UHGV virus genome: UHGV-0206958
Direction: 5' to 3' (one strand)
DNA length: 49,795 nt
Origin: a virus
The notes below the pieces were generated by a model. It was not told the origin of the DNA. It worked only from the letters and a program-made list of their open reading frames with translations, and did not search any database. Made by a program: the position numbers and the translations under genes. Each line of letters opens with the position of its first letter. Positions within the stretch are counted from its first letter, which is position 1. Below, piece after piece: positions 26,911-35,865 of this stretch.

Positions 26911-27159
26911 TCAGGACGCCTGGCCGGGAAGGGCGCGCAAGCGGCGCATGCCTGTCATTGCCGTGGCCACATAGCTCGCCTTGCGGTTCACCACCTCAAC
27001 CCAGACCTTCACGCCTTCAACCTTCACCGTGTACGTCTCTTTCATCTTGCTGCGCCCATAGTCGCCGTATCTTTGCTGGTGGGCTGCCAGAGCGATGTCG
27101 CATGCCTGACGCGCTAACGGGGACTGCTGGTTACCTCGGTTAATCAGTCGCATAGCCAT
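26911..27159 (-). CDS. Hypothetical protein
   Basis: About 80 aa with an AAGGAG RBS. The real start may be the second ATG. Confidence 0.35.
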   Translation of the reverse strand: MAMRLINRGNQQSPLARQACDIALAAHQQRYGDYGRSKMKETYTVKVEGVKVWVEVVNRKASYVATAMTGMRRLRALPGQAS

Positions 27160-27844
27160 CTCCTTCGATACGCTTAAACTCGATCACCCAGACCCATGGG
27201 TTTGCATGCCAGCTGTCAGAACCGTAGATGGATTCCCACAGGTACTTAAATGCGCCCGTTGCCGTTGGTCTTCCGGTCATGTTGTGGCCTGCAATGCAGT
27301 CGTAACAGTCCTGGGAGTCAAAAAGTGCCTCCATATCGATGCCTTCTGCCTCTGCGTCCGTTTCGCTGATGCTATTCAGGCGCTCAACCCTTACCCCAGT
27401 GATTTCCAGCACAATGCGGGACGCCCAGCGCGGCATGTGGATGCTGGGTGTCCAGCGGACATCCTCAGCCGGCGGCACGTTCTCGTAATGAGTTGGAACA
27501 TGCGCAGGGTAATTCGCGCGATAAAGTTTTAGATCCGGCGCGCTGGCTCCAGCCTCTGCCCACGTTTCCCGCACCCAAATGCGATCGCCGACAGCACCGT
27601 AAGGGCAGCAGTGCTCTTGAAAGAAAAGATGGCAATCGGAAATAAGTGAGTTACCTGGAACGAGGTCAGAAACGTGCACCATGCTTTCTAATTTTTTCGA
27701 TGAAAACCAAAAATCTCCCGGTCGTGATTTCGATGGCTGCGGCTGCACCTTCATTATCCGGCGCGTCTGCGTCTTCCGGCCGTCGAGAATGGCGCGCACC
27801 ATCTCAGCGTTAAAAATCATCCCGCGTTCGATAATTTTCGTCAT
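27140..27844 (-). CDS. Hypothetical protein with an ASCH-like N-terminal motif
   Basis: 234 aa. The N-terminus F..EMVRAILDGRKTQTRR resembles ASCH-domain proteins. Confidence 0.35.
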   Translation of the reverse strand: MTKIIERGMIFNAEMVRAILDGRKTQTRRIMKVQPQPSKSRPGDFWFSSKKLESMVHVSDLVPGNSLISDCHLFFQEHCCPYGAVGDRIWVRETWAEAGASAPDLKLYRANYPAHVPTHYENVPPAEDVRWTPSIHMPRWASRIVLEITGVRVERLNSISETDAEAEGIDMEALFDSQDCYDCIAGHNMTGRPTATGAFKYLWESIYGSDSWHANPWVWVIEFKRIEGDGYATD

Positions 27845-27878
27845 GTTATTACCGGGAGGGCGGACCCTCCCGCCTCCC

Positions 27879-28997
27879 TTAGTCCACGTATTCCGGTTTC
27901 ATGTCCGCCAGGGTGATGCTGAACTGATCGTGCAGTTCTTCGCCCAGGTGACGCTTTGAAGATGCCAGCACGCGCTCGGCTTCCGCGAATCGTTCTGCCG
28001 CGTCAGGTTCTTCTGGAGAAGGCAGGGAGTTGATCGCCGCTTCCACCTTGTTACGTGCATCGACCAGGTAGTACCGCTTAACGGCTTTGTTTTTCAGCTC
28101 GGTGAACAGTGCGGATCCAAGCGTCGCTTTAGCCGTTTCGATGTCGGCACGGACCGCTTTGGCGCTATCCACATCCTGAGCGGCCTCAATGCGGTCGCGG
28201 AAATCCTGGGCCAGGGTGTCGATATTTACAGATGGATCCTGAGAATCCTGCGTGTTTACTACATTTTCACCTTTGATATCAGCCAGGCTCATTTTCTGAA
28301 CCGGTGCCGGGTTAATTTCCCTTTCGGTGGGCTGCTCAATCTCATCAGGCGTGTAAACGCCTAGGATCACGTGTGGGCAGTACAAGCGCGCCCAATATTT
28401 CACGCCGAGGTAGGCTATTTGCTGGTCGGGCTTTGAAACCCACAGCGGCGAATTTCGTGTAACCACCTGCGACAGGTAAAGAGGTTTATCCCAGGTGATT
28501 TCACTTTCCCCACGAAGAATTGCTCCGACTTGAACATAGAGACCTTCTTCGTCTTCATCAGTCCAGTCGCGAACGCGTTCGGTAACAGTGTACTTACCGT
28601 TCTTACCCATTTTTTCACGGGGCACTTCTTTGGTTTTGGTGCAACGTTCCCAGTCGCCGCCGTAGCGATAATGAAAACGGCCATGAATGGCGCTGGAACT
28701 GGTGATTACAGCGTTAACAAGCTGCGCTTCGTAACCCAACTGGCCGTTGACGAGGTGAGTTTTTTGCGCCACCGCGTAAGGGTTCATGCCCCACTGCATG
28801 GCTTGCATAACAATCGCCATGCAATCCGCAGGCTTACCTGCCAGGTGAGCAGGTACTGTAACGACAGACTGGGCCATCAGCCCGGCGAAAGCCTGCAACT
28901 GACCCAATGCCTGAACGTTGAAAATTGAGTTGCTGGCAGAGATAGTGTTAGGAGCTTGCTGCTCAGCAGTTACGATATTCATGTTTTCCATCATCAT
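27879..28997 (-). CDS. recT: RecT-family single-strand annealing recombinase
   Basis: ATGATGATG start with an AAGGGGA RBS (the track ORF extends to 29090). Core region QLQAFAGLMAQSVVTVPAHL...MQWGMNPY. Confidence 0.8.
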   Translation of the reverse strand: MMMENMNIVTAEQQAPNTISASNSIFNVQALGQLQAFAGLMAQSVVTVPAHLAGKPADCMAIVMQAMQWGMNPYAVAQKTHLVNGQLGYEAQLVNAVITSSSAIHGRFHYRYGGDWERCTKTKEVPREKMGKNGKYTVTERVRDWTDEDEEGLYVQVGAILRGESEITWDKPLYLSQVVTRNSPLWVSKPDQQIAYLGVKYWARLYCPHVILGVYTPDEIEQPTEREINPAPVQKMSLADIKGENVVNTQDSQDPSVNIDTLAQDFRDRIEAAQDVDSAKAVRADIETAKATLGSALFTELKNKAVKRYYLVDARNKVEAAINSLPSPEEPDAAERFAEAERVLASSKRHLGEELHDQFSITLADMKPEYVD

Positions 28998-29002
28998 TCC
29001 CC

Positions 29003-32000
29003 TTATGCCTGTGTACGCAGCGCTTCGAGGCGGCGCAGGTCGAAGTCGTTCAGTTCGTCGGTGTAGTCGGCAGTGATTGGTGCTGGCCATTCACCTGTGT
29101 CGAATCCGGTTGCGATAGCGCGCATCGCTTTGCGGTACTCGAGCATGCCCAGCTCCAGCAGTTCAGCGGATGCCTCGATGATGGCGATCCAGTGGTAGTT
29201 CTCGTCTTTGTTGACGAAAATCCAGAAGAACTGGTCCAGCGCCGCGGTTTCGCAGTACATGGCCGCGCTCAGGTGGTAGTCGCGGTCAATGATTTCCCGG
29301 TGCAGTCTGGCGCGCAGGCTTTCCTGCTTTACGTTCCACATGCTGATAGTTTTCAGGTCTGCGCCGATACGCACACCGTCCAGGTCGATCTCAAGGTCAG
29401 GGCGCACACGAACTTCCAGGCCCGTCTCCTCGTCAAAGCCGAAGTAACTCACCTCGACGGCGCGGCCCGGGTGGGTCAGCAGCATGCCGGCGGTCGGGTG
29501 AGCCAGAAGCGCTTTTTGAATATTCAGCGCGGTGCTCAGCTGCTGGCGGGTGACCAGCACTTTTCCTTCCGGATTCTCGCGCCAGGCATCCAGCAGCTCG
29601 TCGGCAAAAACAGCATCTGGTTTGACTGCTTTCACGGCCTGAATTAGATCGGACTTGGTGCCAGAAACTTTCAGCGGCTGTGGCTTCTGCGCTTCCTGCG
29701 CCACCATGTCAGGGTTGATGATCGCTAACTGCTCGAGCAGCACGTCACGGCTACCGCTGGTTTTCACCTGCGGGGGCAGGGTGGCGTTGTACTCTTTGAT
29801 GCAGGCTTTCATCGCGTTGGCGGTCTGCTTCTGGTCTGCGTCAATACGCTGGAAGTCAGCTGGCAGTGCCATATAGTTCTGCGCCGTTTCTTCCAGGTTA
29901 GCGCCCAGCGGCACCTGCGCGGGGAGGGTGGCGTTGTACTCTTCCAGTAATACCTTGATGTCGTCGGCAGACAGCAGCGCCGGCAGGCTGGCGTTGTACT
30001 CATCGATAAAGGCGCGCAGGGTCGCGGCTGTTGTGAATGCGCCTTCCGGGATAGCCGGTTCAATGCTGAATTCTGCGTCCAGCTGTTCAGGCTGCAACGC
30101 CAGCGCATGCACTAAGTTGCCCATGTCCAGCACTGCGGAACGCTCTTTGACGATGGTTTTCTCAACGTGGCGCGCATTGAAGTACATCAGCGATACGCGC
30201 GCATCTTTCACCTGGGTTGAGCTGATGCCGTTGGCAGCGTGGTAAACCTCGTTCGGAAGACCTTCATAGCGGCCTGGCTCGAAATAAGCAGGATATTCAA
30301 CAGCTGGTTCTTCCTGATGCACTTCTGGTTCGTTTTGTGCCGATTCTGGTTCGCTTTGAGTAGGTTCTGGCTCTTCCTGGTTGACAGAATCTGTTTTTTG
30401 GTGAACACCAGCCTGCTCCTGGTTAGTTAGGCTTGGTGCGGCTGCGGCCAATATCTCTGCCGGAGCTACGGTAACTGCTTGCGTATCAGCTGCATCAACG
30501 CCTTCGCCTGGTTGTACCGGATCAGTATTTTCGACTTTCTCTGGCTGAGTCGTTTCCATCTGCACATCGCTGGTGGTCTCCGCTGCGTTTTCCGTTTTTT
30601 CGGCTTCATTTGAGGCGTTTTGGTTGAGCAGGGCATCAATGGAAAATATGCCGTTGCCCATACTTGTGATTTTCGGTTGTCCTTTCGCTTCCTCGGCGCG
30701 GCGGCGCGCACCTTCTTCACGAATCCGTTGTAAATTCTCTTGGTGAGTAGTGGTGGCCACACGCTGGGTCATTTCCCATTTCGGATCTGTTGGGTCGCTA
30801 ATACCCTCGACAAACTCACCACGTTCTGCTGCCAGCTGCTTGTCCACGTTTTCACGTGAAATACCTGGAGCGGCAGAAGGCAGCGGCATTAACTCTGTTG
30901 TCGAATTGAAATTTGTTGTCATCGTTCGATTAACAAATTCCAAGTGAGCAGCAGGCGTCTTGTGGATGTTCTCAGGAGCGATACGCACCAGGTTAAAAAT
31001 TGCCGTCCGGTTAACCGCCAGAACGCCGGGCTGGTTGCGCAGAATGCTGCTCCATGATTTCCACGGCTCCTCTTTTTTAGCGACAATTTCCTTCGCGCGG
31101 CGCAGAACGCTGCCTGGTATTTCGTGTGGGTTGAAGTCCATCGGCAGCAGGGCGCAGGCGATTTCAAGATCGAGAGAGTCCAGCGTATGGTGTGCGCCTT
31201 CGCCGCGGTCAGTAACATGGCCGCCATCAGCGTTAGTGCCGGAATCAGTACGCTGCACGCTGCTGATGCGGTTTCCGGCAGCCCATTCGCGCGCCAGGAT
31301 GCCACGGTCAATGTAATCAGTTTCTGCCCATATTTTGGTAAAACGAAGAACCAAAGCGAGTTCGTGACGCTTCTCCTGGCTGAACACCTTGCGAATGGCG
31401 TCGGTATAGCGCCAAAGGTCTTTGGTATCGTAACCCTTAACCTCTTCGCAGTTTTCTGCCGCCAGCAGCAGGTTCTGAACGTAGCTGTTGTCAGTGTCCA
31501 TCTCCAGCATGCTGATAGCTTCGTACTCTTCGCGGGTAACGTGGTGGCGCAGTTCGTCGGCGGTGAACTGTGAAAGAAGTTGCTTGCGGAAGGGCATTCT
31601 GCACACTGGATAACGGGTATTTTCATCGTCGTGCTCGCCGATCTGGATACCGTCATCAGTAGCGATATGCTTGCCAGTTTCAACCCCGGCGTCGCTGGTT
31701 CTTTCTGATTTGAGCAGAGTAAGCTTTCCGCTTCTCCACTCTCTTACTACCTCATTGTGGTCGCCAGCATCTACTCTCAACCAGTCGGCCATGAAAGCAG
31801 CAAGTAGTTTTACTTCGTGCTCTTCATCTGGCGCGAATACCTGCTTAATCGCCTGTACCAGTTTCCACTCAGCGTTTAGGCTGAGTTCGGCAACTTCAGG
31901 GGTGTCGTTCTTCGCCAGTAGCAGATTCTGGAGATAGGTGTTGCCTTCATCCAGTGACATTTCGCTGGCAGCCAGCTGCTGCGCTTTACTGATATGCGTC

Positions 32001-32422
32001 TGATATTTGTCGCTGGTCAGGTGGAAGGCAAAACGGACTGCTGGAGTACGGTTTTCAAGCGTAACACTCTCGTCGATAGTTTCGACTTTAACGGTCGTTT
32101 CCGGAGCGGCAGTGTTAACCACGGATCCAGTAGACTCAGCTCCTGCCTTTGGCAGCCAGGTGCGTCCATCGTCCTGGAGTGCGTAGCGCTCGCACCAGGT
32201 GTAATCCACAGTGCCTTCTTCCGGCAGGTCGTTATATACGGGAAAATCGGTGCGGATCGGTTTGGCGTAGTCTTTACCGCGGCCAGTTTCTTCAATGCCT
32301 GCTTCTTCCAGTGCAACATCGAGTTGGAGATTGGCGCGGGCTGCACTTTTCGCAGTGAACCAAATCACCGCATCTTTCTTGCCAGATTTCTGACTGGCTT
32401 TGAGCAGATGGAAAAATTCCAT
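29003..32422 (-). CDS. recE: RecE-like exodeoxyribonuclease VIII (extended, 1139 aa)
   Basis: C-terminal PD-(D/E)XK nuclease domain (YHAANGISSTQVKDARVSL...). The N-terminal half has an internal duplication, the centre is acidic and low-complexity, and the C-terminal region has an EYNA(S/T)LP triplication. Confidence 0.75.
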   Translation of the reverse strand: MEFFHLLKASQKSGKKDAVIWFTAKSAARANLQLDVALEEAGIEETGRGKDYAKPIRTDFPVYNDLPEEGTVDYTWCERYALQDDGRTWLPKAGAESTGSVVNTAAPETTVKVETIDESVTLENRTPAVRFAFHLTSDKYQTHISKAQQLAASEMSLDEGNTYLQNLLLAKNDTPEVAELSLNAEWKLVQAIKQVFAPDEEHEVKLLAAFMADWLRVDAGDHNEVVREWRSGKLTLLKSERTSDAGVETGKHIATDDGIQIGEHDDENTRYPVCRMPFRKQLLSQFTADELRHHVTREEYEAISMLEMDTDNSYVQNLLLAAENCEEVKGYDTKDLWRYTDAIRKVFSQEKRHELALVLRFTKIWAETDYIDRGILAREWAAGNRISSVQRTDSGTNADGGHVTDRGEGAHHTLDSLDLEIACALLPMDFNPHEIPGSVLRRAKEIVAKKEEPWKSWSSILRNQPGVLAVNRTAIFNLVRIAPENIHKTPAAHLEFVNRTMTTNFNSTTELMPLPSAAPGISRENVDKQLAAERGEFVEGISDPTDPKWEMTQRVATTTHQENLQRIREEGARRRAEEAKGQPKITSMGNGIFSIDALLNQNASNEAEKTENAAETTSDVQMETTQPEKVENTDPVQPGEGVDAADTQAVTVAPAEILAAAAPSLTNQEQAGVHQKTDSVNQEEPEPTQSEPESAQNEPEVHQEEPAVEYPAYFEPGRYEGLPNEVYHAANGISSTQVKDARVSLMYFNARHVEKTIVKERSAVLDMGNLVHALALQPEQLDAEFSIEPAIPEGAFTTAATLRAFIDEYNASLPALLSADDIKVLLEEYNATLPAQVPLGANLEETAQNYMALPADFQRIDADQKQTANAMKACIKEYNATLPPQVKTSGSRDVLLEQLAIINPDMVAQEAQKPQPLKVSGTKSDLIQAVKAVKPDAVFADELLDAWRENPEGKVLVTRQQLSTALNIQKALLAHPTAGMLLTHPGRAVEVSYFGFDEETGLEVRVRPDLEIDLDGVRIGADLKTISMWNVKQESLRARLHREIIDRDYHLSAAMYCETAALDQFFWIFVNKDENYHWIAIIEASAELLELGMLEYRKAMRAIATGFDTGEWPAPITADYTDELNDFDLRRLEALRTQA

Positions 32423-32561
32423 GTCAGATCCTCATTTTTGGATGTAAGATCCCCGGGCCAGAAATAGCGCCCATTGGGTGTGTTTTTGGTTTGGTATAAA
32501 TTCCGGTGTAACTTTGGTCGGTGGCACCGGACGTATAGGCCCGCTTCGGCGGGTTGTTACG

Positions 32562-32723
32562 TTATGCTTCGTGAGCCATCTGGTCGAACGAAGCGCAACG
32601 CACAGAACAGTAATCACGTTGTTCGCGTTTCAACTGCGAGCCGTGGATGAAGAGCAGTTTGTTTTTAACTTCCTTCCCTTGCTCGATCGGCTTCCGGCAG
32701 TACGCGCATTTCTTTTCCTGCAT
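32562..32723 (-). CDS. Small zinc-ribbon protein (53 aa), not in the ORF track
   Basis: MQEKKCAYCRKPIE...YCSVRCASF with a C-x2-C...C-x3-C pattern. A GGAGGG RBS lies 5 nt upstream. Confidence 0.5.
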   Translation of the reverse strand: MQEKKCAYCRKPIEQGKEVKNKLLFIHGSQLKREQRDYCSVRCASFDQMAHEA

Positions 32724-32734
32724 AACGCCCTCCG

Positions 32735-32941
32735 TTAATGGCTAAGGCCATTTCCAACGCCGTTTAAATAGACCTCAACCAGCAAATCTTTGGTGTAGGT
32801 GCGTTCGACTCCACGGTGAAGATACAGACGGCCTCGTGCATTAGCAGACGCGGTCCAGGTTGAATCTTTGTGTTTGACGAGCATGCCTGGCATAACTGCG
32901 CCGCGGTTGACCGTCTGGGTGCCATAGTGCTGATGAACCAT
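32735..32941 (-). CDS. Hypothetical early-left protein (68 aa)
   Basis: AGAGGGA RBS. Its stop abuts the RBS of the next gene. It is the first gene downstream of the candidate pL. Confidence 0.4.
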   Translation of the reverse strand: MVHQHYGTQTVNRGAVMPGMLVKHKDSTWTASANARGRLYLHRGVERTYTKDLLVEVYLNGVGNGLSH

Positions 32942-33059
32942 GATGATTCCCTCTTGTTTGCCCTTGTCGCCAGGCCAGCGGAACGTTTATCACCTGACAA
33001 CGATGCGCTTGTTGTCGATGGAGATAACAATACAAATATTATTTACATCTAGCAAGCGG

Positions 33060-33116
33060 AATGAAATATAAATTTTCAATTAAGGGTGTGTCAATGCATC
33101 CAAACTATTGGATGCA
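33060..33116 (-). promoter_or_regulatory. Candidate pL (TTGACA-N18-TATATT, minus strand) with an adjacent 22-bp palindrome TGCATCCAA-ACTA-TTGGATGCA
   Basis: The -35 is at 33089-33094 and the -10 at 33065-33070. The perfect palindrome at 33095-33116 lies just upstream of the -35 and is a likely operator. Confidence 0.45.
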
Positions 33117-33137
33117 ATGAAAAAAAAGATGTGATTT

Positions 33138-33602
33138 TTACTTCTGAATGCTTTGGATGATGTTGGTAACGTCATCCTTGAGGAGATCTAGCTCTTTAAG
33201 AGTAGCTTTTGCGTGAACGATGAGGCGAAGCTTTTCAGCTTCAGGCATCTGGTTGAATAATGAGAGCAAAGCGATTTCTTTTTCATCCAGTTGCCGTGGA
33301 GGTTGATGCATGCTCAGGTCATCATCACCTGCATCAGGCGGCATAAAAAACCAATGCTCTGGTTTACCTGTGGCAGCTGCAAGGCGTTTCAACCTTTCAC
33401 CTCGAGGCGCTGACTCACCTTTAGCCCATTGCTGAACTGCCTGGGGAGTAACCATGGCTCTCCTGGCTATATCAGACATGTTCCAGCCGAATTCATCTTT
33501 GATGAGCTGAAGTCGGTAGGCGAACGCTTCATGAGGTGCTTTTTTCATGGCATTCATTCTACAAGGTAGCCTTTCATAGTGCATTGCAAAGATTTTTTTC
33601 AT
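33138..33602 (-). CDS. Prophage repressor, HTH_XRE only (RacR-like), no S24 peptidase domain
   Basis: 154 aa with the HTH FAYRLQLIKDEFGWNMSDIARRAMVTPQAVQQWAKG. The start is ambiguous (M1 may be leaderless, or M20). It is divergent from a cro-like gene. Confidence 0.65.
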   Translation of the reverse strand: MKKIFAMHYERLPCRMNAMKKAPHEAFAYRLQLIKDEFGWNMSDIARRAMVTPQAVQQWAKGESAPRGERLKRLAAATGKPEHWFFMPPDAGDDDLSMHQPPRQLDEKEIALLSLFNQMPEAEKLRLIVHAKATLKELDLLKDDVTNIIQSIQK

Positions 33603-33663
33603 ACATGATTGAAAATAATATTTTCATGCTGTAATCTCATTTTTCATTCACTGAGGGCTGGAT
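33603..33663. promoter_or_regulatory. Divergent promoter/operator region with three TTTTCAT-containing repeats
   Basis: TTTTTCATACATG, TTTTCATGCTG and TTTTTCATTCAC spaced about 18-28 bp apart, in the AT-rich sequence between the repressor gene and the ydaS-like gene. Confidence 0.4.
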
Positions 33664-33891
33664 ATGACCAAATCAATTAAACAGCGAGTATGCGATGTCA
33701 TGACTCAAACAGAGATCGCCAAGAATCTTGGCACAACTTCTCAAGCTGTAAGTCTGTGGCTGAACCATGAGGTTCCCGCGCATCGAGTGCTACCGATTTG
33801 CAAGTTGTTGGGATGGAAAATCACTCCGCATGAAGTACGTAGTGACATTTATCCAAATCCCACAGACGGGCTGCCAAAACAGGAGTCTTGA
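33664..33891 (+). CDS. Cro-like HTH protein, YdaS family
   Basis: 75 aa with the HTH TQTEIAKNLGTTSQAVSLW. Its position matches Rac racR-ydaS-ydaT. Confidence 0.65.
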   Translation: MTKSIKQRVCDVMTQTEIAKNLGTTSQAVSLWLNHEVPAHRVLPICKLLGWKITPHEVRSDIYPNPTDGLPKQES

Positions 33892-34436
33892 CCATGCATG
33901 CCATTTCATATCAACAAAATACCGGATTACATCCAGGGGCGATGATAAATCGCAATCAGCCAAGCGCGGCAGATAAGCACGAACAGATCCGCGATGCCGT
34001 TCGTGCCTGGGCCGCGTCACTGGATAACCAGGATGTCGTTGCCGGGATCATCGTTGAGGAGTGGGAACGACAGGGCGGCGCCGGGCTGGAATTTCCCGAA
34101 GACCTGAGCCGTAAGCGTCAGAAACTCTTCCGCTGGCTCGATGGTGATACGGAGTATGCGCGCAAAAACATCAGCCAGCTGTCGCCCGCGATCATCGCCG
34201 TTCTACCGCTTGAGTTCCGTGGCCGCCTGGTACCTCAGGACTGCTTTATGACGCGTTATGCAGCGATGGAGAAGGAGATCGGGGAAGCGAAACGCGCGGT
34301 GATTCTGAGGGCGCCGCAGCACCAGCTGGTGAAAGAGGTGAGGGAGGGCATTGAACACCTGCTGGCGCTTCTGCCTGGCGAGGCTGTTGTTCAGGTTCTG
34401 AGTGGTCTCGCAGTCATGGGCCCGGGTGTCATGTGA
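33888..34436 (+). CDS. YdaT-family protein (cII-position)
   Basis: 182 aa. Its start overlaps the ydaS-like stop. Assigned from the Rac-type module architecture. Confidence 0.5.
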   Translation: MTMHAISYQQNTGLHPGAMINRNQPSAADKHEQIRDAVRAWAASLDNQDVVAGIIVEEWERQGGAGLEFPEDLSRKRQKLFRWLDGDTEYARKNISQLSPAIIAVLPLEFRGRLVPQDCFMTRYAAMEKEIGEAKRAVILRAPQHQLVKEVREGIEHLLALLPGEAVVQVLSGLAVMGPGVM

Positions 34437-34699
34437 GGTGCGCAGTGAATCATGTCGAGTTTATTGAAAAGCACGTTCGCGAAGAACTTATCCGGCAGGG
34501 CTTCACCGCAGCTGTCGCGCAGGGGGGGGCATTTCAGGCCGTCGATATTTACAAGCGAATGTCTCAGGCAAGTCGTAAGGGGAGAATTTTCGATGATGTT
34601 TTGCGTCACGCGAAGTTATGGGCAGAAAAACAGACAGTGCCGGCAGATCGGTTTGAGTCGAAGCGCATCAAGCGCGGTAAGCAGCAGGGGCTGTTCTAA
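34433..34699 (+). CDS. Hypothetical protein (GTG start)
   Basis: 88 aa with protein-like composition. The alternative-frame ORF 34452..34814 looks like junk. Confidence 0.3.
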   Translation: MRCAVNHVEFIEKHVREELIRQGFTAAVAQGGAFQAVDIYKRMSQASRKGRIFDDVLRHAKLWAEKQTVPADRFESKRIKRGKQQGLF

Positions 34700-34738
34700 A
34701 AGGGTGAAAGCCGCGGTGAGGGGTCACCAACGGCTTTC
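34697..34738 (-). terminator. Candidate oop-like antisense terminator (nested hairpin plus T5 on the minus strand)
   Basis: GAAAGCCG...CGGCTTTC 8-bp stem with an inner GGTGA/TCACC stem. On the minus strand it is followed by ACCC-TTTTT. It sits just upstream of the O gene, as lambda t-oop does. Confidence 0.3.
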
Positions 34739-34815
34739 GGGTGCAAAAACGGGACGTAATTGCGAGGTCATTATGACAAACGCATGTACTAAACACCAGG
34801 CTAAAGGGGCATAGC

Positions 34816-35865
34816 ATGTCAAATGTCGCTTATGCCGATTTTGCGGCACGTAGTGCCATCAGGAGCAACCGGATGGAGAACCAGAAGACCGGATTCATCC
34901 CGTTGTACCGGAGCGTACTGAAGAAGCCCTGGGCGAAAGATGTGTTCCTGCGCACGTTGTGGGAGAACCTTCTTTTGGGTGCTGCACGTCAGCCCTACAC
35001 GGCGAACTTTAAAGGCCGTCAATGGCCCTTACAAACCGGACAACTGGTAACCACAACGGCCGATTTGGGGCTGAAATTATGCGACCGGGAAGGGAAGCCG
35101 AGTAGTCGCCACGCCGTGGACAGGATGCTTGATGTTTTCGAGCGCGAAGGAATGATTTCTCGTTCTGGAGAGAAGCGAAAAGGCACTGTGATAACCATCA
35201 CAAATTATGAGCAATATGCTCAAAAAATAGACGATTTACCCGCGCAATTCCCCGCGCATAACGGCGAGCATTTCACCGCGCATGACGAAGCCAGTAATGG
35301 CGCGGCTTGCGAGGGACATGCCGCGCATTTACCCGCGCATAAGACCGCGCAATTCCCCGCGCATCATGAACAACAATATAATAACAACAATATAAATAAT
35401 AAGATCTCTTCGTCTCGGAATTCTGAAGAATCCCGAAACGAGGCGACTCAAAAATTCCTCTCTCGTCACCCTGAAGCTGCTGACGGAATTTACACCCCGG
35501 CAGGTAAATCATGGGGAACTGCTGACGATCTCAAAGCCGCTCGCTGGATTCATTCTCTGCGCCTGACCATCAATGCCAGCCTGAGCGAACCGAAATGGGT
35601 CGAATGGGCTAACACAATCCGCCTGATGCGCGTCCAGGACAAACGTACGCACTTCGAGATTTGCGATCTGTTCAAGTGGGCCAACAAGGATGATTTCTGG
35701 AAAGACAACATCCTGAGTCCGTCAAGCCTGCGCAGGAAGTGGGACGACCTAACTACCAAGCGCCTGCGCAGCGGTGGACAACCAATGAAGACCACTGCGA
35801 AGGGCAAGGTGGATTTCAACAACACAGACTGGATCAACGGGGTGTTCGATGAAAAGTCTTTCTGA
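34816..35865 (+). CDS. Replication initiator O-like protein (contains ori iterons)
   Basis: 349 aa with a wHTH-like N-terminal domain. The central region carries repeated PAH/CCCGCGCA iterons and an N-rich AT-coded linker. Confidence 0.7.
   Translation: MSNVAYADFAARSAIRSNRMENQKTGFIPLYRSVLKKPWAKDVFLRTLWENLLLGAARQPYTANFKGRQWPLQTGQLVTTTADLGLKLCDREGKPSSRHAVDRMLDVFEREGMISRSGEKRKGTVITITNYEQYAQKIDDLPAQFPAHNGEHFTAHDEASNGAACEGHAAHLPAHKTAQFPAHHEQQYNNNNINNKISSSRNSEESRNEATQKFLSRHPEAADGIYTPAGKSWGTADDLKAARWIHSLRLTINASLSEPKWVEWANTIRLMRVQDKRTHFEICDLFKWANKDDFWKDNILSPSSLRRKWDDLTTKRLRSGGQPMKTTAKGKVDFNNTDWINGVFDEKSF
35234..35412 (+). repeat. Origin of replication: seven CGCGCA(T/A) iterons plus an AT-rich tract, inside the O gene
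   Basis: CGCGCA at 35241, 35254, 35277, 35323, 35334, 35346 and 35359. AT-rich tract (caacaatataataacaacaatataaataataag) at 35370-35403. Confidence 0.65.

Noticed and set aside
27851-27868. GGGAGGG-CGGA-CCCTCCC hairpin between recT and the downstream gene
   Set aside because: There is no T-run on the transcribed (minus) strand. It may be an RNA-stability element, but it is not supportable as a terminator.
32432-32617. 61-aa minus-strand ORF between the zinc-ribbon gene and recE
   Set aside because: It has no RBS and spans hairpin structures. A 53-aa zinc-ribbon ORF with a strong RBS lies at 32562-32723 in another frame.
33095-33116. Palindrome TGCATCCAA-ACTA-TTGGATGCA considered as a terminator of the repressor gene
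   Set aside because: An A/T run is present on only one side, and on that strand the T-run comes before the stem. It is better interpreted as an operator next to the -35 of the candidate pL.
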